The notes under the pieces: generated by a model
Seen by the model: only the letters and a program-made list of their open reading frames with translations
Told to the model about the DNA's origin: nothing
The model's database searches: none
Shown: positions 13,701 to 26,700 of the stretch, one piece after another
Layout: each line of letters opens with the position of its first letter
How positions within the stretch are numbered: position 1 is the first letter of the stretch
Translations under genes and position numbers: made by a program
Assembly: GCA_964016885.1 (NCBI GenBank)
Contig: OZ024765.1
Span: 5,642,001-5,706,000 of the forward strand
Reading direction: 5' to 3'
DNA from: Eledone cirrhosa
Lineage: Eukaryota
DNA: 64,000 nucleotides

Positions 13701-16700
13701 CTTCCTTCAAGCAGTTTCTATTGGTTGTGTTAAGGACATGACACTCTTCTTAGTGTTGGTGATCTACTCAATAAACACACCCAGTACATGCTGTAAAGTA
13801 GTTGGTGATTGGAAGGGTATCCAGTTGTAGAAAGCCTGCCGAAGAAAGGGTTGGGAGGATCTCTCTGCTCTGTCACGGACATGACTTCCCACTGTAAAGT
13901 GGTTGGTGATAGGAAGGGCCTTGAGCTGCAGAAATCTTGCCAAACAATGTGTTAAAAGGGCAGTGTTCAGTGATAATATTATATTTAGATAGGAGAGCTG
14001 TGGTCATGCATCCTTCCTTGTTGCCATCTTGCCATGTTTACAATCTAAATATCTCAGATGAATGTAATGTAGGTTTAACAACACTTGTTCTCTTACAAAA
14101 AACAAAGGGATTACCTTTAAATATTTCACCTTTTTGGCTGTTTACCAGGGAAGAATTGCCCTCATCATTCTGTTTATAAATGCAATAATACATCATCATC
14201 ATCATTTAACATCCATTTTGCAGCGGCATGCAAATTAGACGGTCTTTTTCAGCTCAGCTAAGGTCTGGTTTGTGTTCAATACAGGTAGTGATTTGCTCTA
14301 TGTTCTCTTTGTGTGTTTTCTATTTCAGTCGTACAATGAAGTGTGGACTGAGTGAGACCTTCCAGTGTGAAGAGATTTGTGGCAAGCCCTTCTCCTGTGC
14401 TGAACATGACTGTCTTAAAGTGTGTCACTCTGATGACTGTGGTGATTGCCAGGTGATAATCAGGCAAGGTAAGACTTAGGGAGTTGTTTCCTCATTTTCT
14501 TCCTATTTGACACCCCCATTCTCCCCTCAATCTATTGCACAGTGATATGACATTAGATGAGGCATGCTTTCTACTCAAACTGCTCAATGATTCTTATAAA
14601 CTGTAGTTGATCAGTAAAGGTATATAGCTTAGTGGATAGGTTGTTGGACTTGTGATCATAAAAGTTAGGGGTTCAATTCAAGCAAGCAACATAGTGTTTT
14701 TGCACAAAACACATCATTTCACATTGCTTTTCATAATAGGACTGGAGTTCCTATAATTAAAACTCCTTAGAAGCTTCCTATATGGTGCAACCTTGTAGGA
14801 GGAGGCCAGCTAAACCTACATACATGTGTGCTACCACAATATGATATGCCTGGGACCCTTATTAAAACTCCCAAGAAATTTCTCTATGAGATGCAACCTC
14901 ATAGGAAGTCATCAAAACTTATATAGGTGTGAGTTGTAACAACAACAACAACATGATAGAACTGGGTATCCCTATCATCAAAATACCCCTCAAACCCACC
15001 TATGAGATACATATTCTGAGGCAAACTAACCTTACACATGTGTGAGCTGAAACAAAATGTTAGGTCGGAGACACCTATCATTAAAACACACACAAGAAAA
15101 CCTACTATGAGATGCAGCATCTTATGAGACCAAATAAACGGTTATAGGGGTGAGCTGTCACATCATGATAGGACTGGGACCCTTGTCATTAAAACACACA
15201 AGAAAACCTACTATGAGATGCAGCATCTTATGAGACCAAATAAACGGTTATAGGGGTGAGCTGTCACATCATGATAGGACTGGGACCCTTGTCATTAAAA
15301 CACACAAGAAAACCTACTATGAGATGCAGCATCTTATGAGACCAAATAAACGGTTATAGGGGTGAGCTGTCACATCATGATAGGACTGGGACCCTTGTCA
15401 TTAAAACACCCAAGAAAAGCTACTATGAGATGCAGCATCTTATGAGACCAAATAAACGGTTATAGGGGTGAGCTGTCACATCATGATAGGACTGGTACCC
15501 TTGTCATTAAAACACACAAGAAAACCTACTATGAGATGCAGCATCTTATGAGACCAAATAAACGGTTATAGGGGTGAGCTGTCACATCATGATAGGACTG
15601 GGACCCTTGTCATTAAAACACACAAGAAAACCTACTATGAGATGCAGCATCTTATGAGACCAAATAAACGTTAATAGGGGTGAGCTGTCACATCATGATA
15701 GGACTGGGACCCTTGTCATTAAAACACCCAAGAAAACCTACTATGAGATGCAGCATCTTATGAGACCAAATAAACGTTAATAGGGGTGAGCTGTCACATC
15801 ATGATAGGACTGGGACCCTTGTCATTAAAACACCCAAGAAAACCTACTATGAGATGCAGCATCTTATGAGACCAAATAAACGTTAATAGGGGTGAGCTGT
15901 CACATCATGATAGGACTGGGACCCTTGTCATTAAAACACCCAAGAAAACCTACTATGAGATGCAGCATCTTATGAGACCAAATAAACGTTAATAGGGGTG
16001 AGCTGTCACATCATGATAGGACTGGGACCCTTGTCATTAAAACACCCAAGAAAACCTACTATGAGATGCAGCATCTTATGAGACCAAATAAACGGTTATA
16101 GGGGTGAGCTGTCACATCATGATAGGACTGGGACCCTTGTCATTAAAACACCCAAGAAAACCTACTATGAGATGCAGCATCTTATGAGACCAAATAAACG
16201 TTAATAGGGGTGAGCTGTCACATCATGATAGGACTGGGACCCTTGTCATTAAAACACCCAAGAAAACCTACTATGAGATGCAGCATCTTATGAGACCAAA
16301 TAAACGTTAATAGGGGTGAGCTGTCACATCATGATAGGACTGGGACCCTTGTCATTAAAACACACAAGAAAACCTACTATGAGATGCAGCATCTTATGAG
16401 ACCAAATAAACGTTAATAGGGGTGAGCTGTCACATCATGATAGGACTGGGACCCTTGTCATTAAAACACCCAAGAAAACCTACTATGAGATGCAGCATCT
16501 TATGAGACCAAATAAACGGTTATAGGGGTGAGCTGTCACATCATGATAGGACTGGGACCCTTGTCATTAAAACACACAAGAAAACCTACTATGAGATGCA
16601 GCATCTTATGAGACCAAATAAACGTTAATAGGGGTGAGCTGTCACATCATGATAGGACTGGGACCCTTGTCATTAAAACACCCAAGAAAACCTACTATGA

Positions 16701-19525
16701 GATGCAGCATCTTATGAGACCAAATAAACGGTTATAGGGGTGAGCTGTCACATCATGATAGGACTGGGACCCTTGTCATTAAAACACACAAGAAAACCTA
16801 CTATGAGATGCAGCATCTTATGAGACCAAATAAACGTTAATAGGGGTGAGCTGTCACATCATGATAGGACTGGGACCCTTGTCATTAAAACACCCAAGAA
16901 AACCTACTATGAGATGCAGCATCTTATGAGACCAAATAAACGGTTATAGGGGTGAGCTGTCACATCATGATAGGACTGGGACCCTTGTCATTAAAACACA
17001 CAAGAAAACCTACTATGAGATGCAGCATCTTATGAGACCAAATAAACGGTTATAGGGGTGAGCTGTAACATCATGATAGGACTGGGACCCTTGTCATTAA
17101 AACACACAAGAAAACCTATGAGATACAACATGAGGCTAATTGAACTATCTATCGCTAAATCCTTTCAAATTCTTGATTATTTTCAAAATGATTTATTATT
17201 TCCATCATAATTTTATGTTAGAACCTTTGTTAAATCATGTTCCAAACACCAGATAATGAGAAAGTTATAATGTTAAATAATCCCTCAAAAGTTTTTATTA
17301 TTTTGAAAAAAATTTCTGTTTTGATTAGAATGTTTCTGTAAGAAGAATGAAAGGTTCTTGGACTGTATAAAGAATTCTGCTGAGAAATTGTCTAACTACT
17401 GCTGTGAAGAACAGTGTAAGAAGTAAGTATAGAGTTTAGGTTATTATATCATTGCTGTAAAAACTGAGACACTTGTCCTCTCAACAACAAGTGTACTCTT
17501 CATGTAAAAGGAGTTCCACTGAAGCAGGTGGAGAAGTTTAAGTATCTTGGGGCTGTGTTCACGACGGATGGAAAGCATGAGCTGAATTAAGTGCAAGGAT
17601 TGCAGGAGCTGGTGCAATAATTGTTTCTACGTCTGACACAAGGCCAGCAATTATCCCAGTGTATTACTGGTACTTTATTTTATCGACCCTGTAAGGATGA
17701 AAGGCAAAGTTAACCTCGGCGGGATTTGAACTCAGAATGGAAAGGGCTGTAACTCTATGCGTCAAAGCCCTTACCTATGGTCATGTACCTTGGGTAATGA
17801 CTGAAAGAATACAGTCGCAATTACAAGTGACTGAAATGGGGGAGAGTAGACCCCTGAGCTCAACTGGATCCAGCTGGAGCAATTGGAGACAGCTGCTTCT
17901 GACAGAACCTGCTGCTAGGAGTGTTTGAGGTTTCTGCTCCCAGGAATAAGGGGGTCTCCTGCTGGTTGGTTTTTGCCTATAAAATCTGTCCAGCGATTCT
18001 TTCCTGAGACATTCTAACCAGGTGTCCATAATATCAGGCTGTGGTTCATCAATTTGGAGAAGTGGCTCTGCCTGGAGCTGCTCTCTGATCTTCAAGCTAT
18101 GCTCAGAGTCTACCCTTAGGTTTCCTGCCTGTTGATTTTGCCTGTAATATCGGAGCTGTGATCTCTCAAATCGGAGAATAGTTGATATAATTATTTTGTA
18201 TTTTCAGACCTTTAAGTTGTGGCCATCATAACTGTCAAGAGATTTGTCACCATGACCAGTGTCCACCTTGTCCTTACACACCTTCTGGGGTCACCCACTG
18301 TCCGTGTGGCCATACACCAATTGCTGACCTTTCTGACAAGCCCAGGACATCATGCAGTGACCCTATCCCAACATGTGATAAACTTTGTAACAAACCTCTC
18401 AGTTGTGGACCTAATGGTCAGTATAAAGTAAAACCATTCTTTTATCTTTAAACTCTAATATTGTATTGGCAGACAGCTGTGGGTGTGGTGGTGGTGGTGG
18501 TGGTGGTGGGGACGTGGGGTTAATCATCATCATCATCATCATACATCCATTTTTCCATGCTTGTATAGGTTGGATGGATCATTCTCAGCACAGCATCTCT
18601 CCACTTGTCGTGAATCCTTTGTCATCTCCTCTGTGAGTCACAGCAATTTGAGGTCAGCTCTCACCATCTCCACTTAGGTCTTTCTTGGTCTACCTCTACT
18701 GTGGCTTCCCTCCACTGGGTTTTTTATGGTACTTCTTCACCCAGTTATCATCATCCATGTACATCATATGGCTATACCAGCACAGTCTTCTCCTTGCTCA
18801 AGTCTTCCTTAGTCTACCTCTACTATGGTTTCCCTCCATTGGGATTTCCTGGCGTCAATCAAGATGTTTATTTGTAGACACGACACGTGTTAGGATTAAA
18901 ATATTGTAAATAAATAATTGTTTCTACTTTTGGCACAAGCCAGCAATTACCCAGTGTATTACTGGTACTTTATTTTATCGACCTTGTAAGGATGAAAGGC
19001 AAAGTTAACTTCGGCGGGATTTCAACTCAGAATGGAAATTGTAAATAAATAATTAATTAAAATTTACGAGTATCAAAGCAATATGACAAAAATAGACAAG
19101 ATAAATTTATAAATATGTATTATGTTACAAAGTTAAATAAATTTGTATTTTTTTTAAGAAGACGGAAAGATTTTTTTTGCTTTTTTTAAAAGTGAGAGAT
19201 TATTGCTTACTTATGTGTATATATATGTGTAAAAGGTAAACAGAAATAACAACACAATTGGTACAGTATATGGAAGGTATATATTAGGATAACGCTTGAT
19301 ATAGCAGGAAGAGGGTCTTAATGTTTCGGACGCTAGTCCTTCATCAGAAGAAAGAATGAGAAATAAGTTAGATTGAGGGGACGGGCGGGTTGGAATTGGA
19401 AAAAAGATCTTTAGATAAAAACAACAGGTCCATTTATGTTGACATCTCTTGCAAAACTGTTGGTGCTGGCGTTTTGTGGATGATGGAGCGCGTCTACCTG
19501 AAATGGAAAAAGGAAAAAAAACCGT

Positions 19526-19557
<32 letters not shown>

Positions 19558-20538
19558 GAAACACACAGATACATGCGGACACACACATATATACATGAAT
19601 GCATCCGCACCCAACTGTGAGTTAAGGGTGCCAACTTCACCGATGTTGCTCAATGAATGACTGGGACAGACCAATTCAGTTTGAACCAGACTGAACTAGT
19701 ATCAGAGTTAAAAATACATTATGAAGAGAGAAGAAACATTCAGATATAATTAGTAATAAAATGTATCATACCTAAACTGTTCCTAAATTCCTCGACTACG
19801 TAGTTTCGTGGCATAAACAAAAACAATATATCATAAAGATATAGAGTCCTTGCGAGGTCTGCCGACTTATCAAGAGGATACCTCATTTTACTAGTCTCAA
19901 GAACGCGTCTACACGACGTGAGAAAGAATCCCAAAAGGCGGAGGGGGAGATAGTCACGCGATATAACGGTCGAGAAACAGAGCTAAACCTCTTATAACCC
20001 CGAAGAAAATACCACGGAGGCGGAGGGGGTATTCATATCGAGGCCGTAGAAGAGGTGGTGAAGAAGGCGAGAAGTATGAGTAATGGAAGCTTTCCAGTTG
20101 TCCCCACACTTCAAAGATTGCTCATATATATATATATATATATATAATTGTTTCTACTTTTTGGCACAAGGCCAGCAATTATCTCAGTGTATTACTGGTA
20201 CTTTATTTTATCGACCCCATAAGGATGAAAGGTGAAGTTGACCTCAGCTAATGTGTGTGTGTTGGGTTCATTTACTTGTGGCACTATCACTACCACCAGA
20301 CCGTTTTTTTTTCCCCTTTATTTTAAAGGTCTTTTTTTTTTTTTTTTTTTTTGCTGTCCCCTATTTCAGACAAACATCATCTGTGTCCACTTGTCTGCCA
20401 CACGGGGCCATGTGGACCATGTGACAATACAATGAATGTTAGGTGTCGCTGTAAAGCCCACGAGAAGGATTTCCCTTGTTCAGAAGCACTGGCCTTCAAT
20501 GGTATGTATCTCTCTCTCTCTCTCTCTCTCCCTCTCTC

Positions 20539-20580
<42 letters not shown>

Positions 20581-20671
20581 TCTCTCCCTCTCTCCCTCTC
20601 TCTCTCCCTCTCTCTCTCTCTCTCTCCCTCTCTCTCTCTCTCTCTCCCTCTCTCTCTCTCCCTCTCTCTCC

Positions 20672-20725
<54 letters not shown>

Positions 20726-23700
20726 CCTCTCTCTCTCTCTGTCTGCTTGTCTCTCTCTCTCTCTCTCTCTCTCTCCCTCTCTCTCTCTCTCCCTCTCTCT
20801 CTCTCTCTCTCCCTCTCTCCCTCCCTCTCTCTCTCTCTCTCCCTCTCTCTCTCTCTCCCTCTCTCTCTGTCTGCTTGTCTCTCTAACTTTCTCTTTATCT
20901 GTGTTTGTCTGTCTCTCTCTCTATTTCAGTATCTTTCTCTTCTTTTGCTCTCTCTCCATCTCTCACACTCTCTCTCTCTCTCCTTCTCCTTCTCTCCATC
21001 TCCTCTCCATCTCTCACACTCTCCCTCTCTTTCTCTCACACTCTCCCTCTCTTTCTCCCTCTCACACTCTCTCTCTCTCTGTTTCTGTCTATCTCTTTTT
21101 GTCTCTGTCACAACATCACTTTCACACCACACCACACCACCTCATACCATTTCGACATTCCACTGTACAACCATACCACCACATCCACAACCACGCCAGA
21201 CCATGTCACTACCACACCTCCACTACACCACACCTCCACTATACCACACCTCCACTATACCATACCACTATATCATACCACTGTACCATACAATACCACT
21301 GCACCACACCATACCACCTCCACTACACCACACCACCACTATACCATACCACTATACTACACTATATCATACCACTGTACCATACAATACCACTGCACCA
21401 CACCATACCACCTCCACTACACCACACCACCACTATACCATACCACTATACTACACTATATCATACCACTGTACCATACAATACCACTGCACCACACCAT
21501 ACCACCTCCACTACACCACACCACCACTATACCATACCACTATACTACACTATATCATACCACTGTACCATACAATACCACTGCACCACACCATACCACC
21601 TCCACTACACCACACCACCACTATACCATACCACTATACTACACTATATCATACCACTGTACCATACAATACCACTGCACCACACCATACCACCTCCACT
21701 ACACCATACCACCTCCACTACACCATACTACACCATACCATAACACATCCACCACAATACCACTGTACTACACTGTACCATTCCATTATCTATTACAGAG
21801 AACAAACCATTCCTGTGTAACAGAAAATGTAACAAAAAGAGAAGATGTGGAAAACACAAGTGTACACAGCAGTGTTGTGTGGTGAGTTAGAGTGAGAGGT
21901 ACACAGCAGTGTTGTGTGGTGAGTTAGAGTGAGAGGTACACAGCAGTGTTGTGTGGTGTGTTAGAGTGAGAGGTACACAGCAGTGTTGTGTGGTGAGTTA
22001 GAGTGAGAGGTACACAGCAGTGTTGTGTGGTGTGTTAGAGTGAGAGGTACACAGCAGTGTTGTGTGGTGAGTTAGAGTGAGAGGTACACAGCAGTGTTGT
22101 GTGGTGAGTTAGAGTGAGAGGTACACAGCAGTGTTGTGTGGTGAGTTAGAGTGAGAGGTACACAGCAGTGTTGTGTGGTGTGTTAGAGTGAGAGGTACAC
22201 AGCAGTGTTGTGTGGTGTGTTAGAGTGAGAGGTACACAGCAGTGTTGTGTGGTGAGTTAGAGTGAGAGGTACACAGCAGTGTTGTGTGGTGTGTTAGAGT
22301 GAGAGGTACACAGCAGTGTTGTGTGGTGAGTTAGAGTGAGAGGTACACAGCAGTGTTGTGTGGTGAGTTAGAGTGAGAGGTACACAGCAGTGTTGTGTGG
22401 TGAGTTAGAGTGAGAGGTACACAGCAGTGTTGTGTGGTGAGTTAGAGTGAGAGGTACACAGCAGTGTTGTGTGGTGAGTTAGAGTGAGAGGTACACAGCA
22501 GTGTTGTGTGGTGAGTTAGAGTGAGAGGTACACAGCAGTGTTGTGTGGTGTGTTAGAGTGAGAGGTACACAGCAGTGTTGTGTGGTGAGTTAGAGTGAGA
22601 GGTACACAGCAGTGTTGTGTGGTGTGTTAGAGTGAGAGGTACACAGCAGTGTTGTGTGGTGAGTTAGAGTGAGAGGTACACAGCAGTGTTGTGTGGTGTG
22701 TTAGAGTGAGAGGTACACAGCAGTGTTGTGTGGTGAGTTAGAGTGAGAGGTACACAGCAGTGTTGTGTGGTGTGTTAGAGTGAGAGGTACACAGCAGTGC
22801 TGGGAGGTCAGAGGTCAAGAGTCTTGTCTCTTGTCATTGTTTCTACAGTTGGGTCTCCTTCCTATCACCAACCAGTTTACAGAGTGTACATGGTGTGTTT
22901 ATTGTGTAGATCACCAACACTAGTGCATGTCAGCCCTTGACACAACTGAAGCGCTCTCCCGGCTCTTGTCATGGTTTCTATGGCTTGATGCTATTCCAAT
23001 TTCCAACACTAGGGAGGATGTTATGCCCTTAATTGACACAACTTGGGGTAAGTCCTTCTTATGCTTTTGCCTTGATTTCTGAAGCTAGCTGCCCTTCCTC
23101 TCACCAACACTAGGGAAGATGATATGCCCTTGATTGGTGGGGTGAGCCTTTCTCAAGCTTTTGCCTTGATTTCTGTAGCTGGCTGCCCTTATATGTCCAT
23201 TAATTATATATTTCAATTGTTTAAGCACTAATTGACAATGTTCTCTCTCTCACTCTGTCCAGCGTGACTCACATGAATGTGAGCGAGAGTGTCGACAGAT
23301 GCTGTCCTGTGGTCTCCATCGGTGTGAGTCTTTATGTCACCGTGGTAACTGTGCACCCTGTCTCCTCGCAAGTAAGTCCACAACATTTCCACTTTTATTT
23401 TTCTTGTCATCAAAACACTTGTCACAGCCCATTTGTAACAGACACCACACCACACCACACACTGTCACTCACCCACATTAACACACATTATGACCCCACA
23501 GCCACACTGTCACATACACACAACATTACTGTAACAGCCACAATGTCACCAACACAGTTACACCACAGCCATACTGTAACATCACAACACCACAGTTGCA
23601 CTGTAACATCACAACACCACAGTTTCACTGTAATATCACAACACCACAGTTACACTGTAATATCACAACACCACAGTTACACTGTAACATCACAACCACA

Positions 23701-26700
23701 CCACAGTTACACTGTAACATCACAACAACACCACAGCTACACTGTAACATCACAACCACACCACAGCTATACTGTAACATCACAACCACACCACAGTTAC
23801 ACTGTAACATCACAACAACACTGTAGCACACAGACTGTCACACCACCTTGTGACACATACTGTCACACTCACAGTGTAACTCGGTGTATATGTTTTCAAT
23901 GCAGGTTTTGAGGAACTGACTTGTTACTGTGGTTTCGAAGTGATCCACCCACCTGTGCCGTGCGGTACTAAACCTCCACCATGTTCTAGGCCCTGTCCTA
24001 AAACACATTCCTGTGACCACCCAGGTGAGCGCTGAACTGATATCGTTGTTGTCGTTTTTCTTGTAGCTTTCGACCATATCTTTCCAAGCATATTATTAAA
24101 GTGCTGATTCTCTTCTTATAAAATATATTAGCAGTGGTACCCGGCGTTGCACGGGATAAGGTATTTTGGAACGCGGGCCGCCAACAGACCTAATCTGTGG
24201 AAAAACTGCATGCCTGGACAATATGTAAAGAAAATAAACCGAATACTCTGATGGCTGGATAATCTTTAAGATTTTCCTCGATGAAGCAGGAAAAATGCAG
24301 GTTTTCACGTAATGTGGGCCCTAGGGGATCAAGAAAATGAATTTTTTTTATGTGCATAATATACCTTGAAATTTCGGGAAAATCAGCTACACGTAACGCC
24401 TCAAAAAAGCCCTAAAAAGCTGAAAAAATAAAGTTTTTCACCTAATGCGGACCCTAAGGGATCAAAAAGTTGAATTTTTTTTTTTATGTGCACTCCCTGA
24501 AACATAAGTAATACACATGTAAAGTTTGAAAAATATTGGTTGGGTACTTCTCGAGTTTCAGGGATTCAAACTCACACACACACACACAGACAGACATCCT
24601 CAGTTTTGTATATATAGATGAGGTGTGTCAGAAAAGTAAGAGGGCTTAGTGTGCTGGGTGAGCTATAAGTGGGGTATGCATTAATGTGTTGTATCACTAT
24701 GTGACGTAATATCCACGTAGAATATAACTGCGATCTCAGCTCTCTGCAGCTATCACGTTTTTCGCATATCCAATGGAGCATGGTTGCTTCTTTTCTCTCC
24801 AGTCTAAGCACGTCCTCTACAATCACAGCCCATGTTTCACTCCCATGCTGCATCGCATTTCACACACAGGCATCATACACTTGTCCTTTTATATGTAGGA
24901 GAAATCTTTTGTGGTCAACAGTGGGTGTAGATCTCTGAACTTTTTCCATCCTATCCTTATTCTAGCTATTATGCTCTCAGAGAAATTAACTTGCTTAGAT
25001 AACAGAGGCTATCAATCACTTCTATGGGTCCTTCCTGTGACTGGAATAGGCTTACATTACTGGTTAGCTTCCCCTCGGTTAACCCTGTGCATCCTCTACA
25101 AAGTCTTCTCTTCCTGTTAGCTTACTCGTTATCCCACTACAACTCATGTGTACCCAAGATTTACATTGCGTACATCGTATGCAGTTTATGCCTACTCCCT
25201 TTCTGCACATTGAGGAGGGCCACTTTAGTTTTGGCTAAGTTTACTCTGTGACCTTTTGATTCTAAATTTTTTTTCCATAATTGGAACTTATTTTCTAGGT
25301 CTTTAATGTATTCAGCTATAAGAATGAGATCATCTGCATTGAGAAGTTCCCATGGGCAGCCACTCTTAAACTCCTCTGTTATGGCTTGGTGGACTATAAT
25401 GAATAGCAGTGGGCTCAGAATCGAACCTTGATGAAATCCTACTTGTATTTTGAATTCATCGCTAAACACATTTCCTACTCTCACTTTACTGACAACTGTT
25501 TACAAGACTTGCATTGCTCTCACCAACCATTCTTCTACTCCTAATTTCTTTAAGGACCACCAGATAATAGATAGGAGTTCTCTGTCAAATACTTCTTCTA
25601 GGTCAACGAAAGCTAGGTATAGTGGCTTACTTTTGGCTAAGAACTTCTCTTGTAGTTGCCTCACTAAAAAGAGGCTGTCTGGAGTACTTTTCCCAGACAT
25701 GAAACCAACTCTTTCTCTAATTAGTTGTGCTATAACTCTTTCCAACACTTTATATGTATATACATACATGTGTGTGTGTATATATATATATGTTGATTTA
25801 AAACTTCACTATTCACAAGTGTTTTTTAAGCTTCATATCATGTATCCCTATTTTATCTGATGAGAACGCAGATATCATCCCATGATGATATTTGTTTTTG
25901 AAATGCGCATAATAAAATACTTGGAACTCTTTTAACCATCTTTTATTATATATATATATATATATACATATATATAAAGTGATGAAAAGAGTTATAGCAC
26001 AACTAATTAAAGAAAGATATATATGTATATATGTGTGTGTGTGTATTTGTGTCTGTGTATTATATACTAACAGAAAAACCACCCTTCGTGTGGTTTTCTG
26101 CTAGCATGTGTAGTGTGTATATTGATATTATACGCAGGTATATATACATGTAGATATGATACATCAAATAAAATCGTTATTGACAATATATAATACATAG
26201 AAATTGAACGAAGACTGTGTTACACTGTCTTATTTAATCAGTAACGTAATCCATGATATATTAAAAAAGACGATATTATATATAAACTGCATTAGGAGAA
26301 AATTAGTGACAGAAAATTAGTATGTTTATTTAAGCGATCGCCACCGGAAGTGCTGACATTTCAGAAATTTTAAAGAAGTGATTCTTTAAATAAACAAAAT
26401 ATATTTAATCAACAGCCACGAAATTTAGTAGATAAATTATGTAATATTCATTCATTATTTATTCAAAGTGGATTGGCAGTATTGGTAGAGGGTTGGACGC
26501 CATGCTTTGACGTATAGAGTTACGGCCCTTGCCATTCTGAGTTCAAATCCCGCCAAGGTTAACTTTGCCTTTCATCCTTACGGGGTCGATAAAATAAAGT
26601 ACCAGTAATGCACTGGGTAATTGCTGGCCTTGTACCTAAAGTAGAAACAATTATTTATTCAAAGTAATCCAACTTATTTTACTAATGGGATAAAAAATGA

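Noticed and set aside
15080-17119. CRISPR-like regular repeats (also 21862 and 38689)
   Set aside because: No unique spacers, no cas genes, eukaryotic context
19620-20120. Possible coding relic next to the 19316 hammerhead
   Set aside because: No recognisable motif in any frame
20351-21885. Ser/Leu/His/Thr-rich ORFs
   Set aside because: Microsatellite translation between two genuine exons
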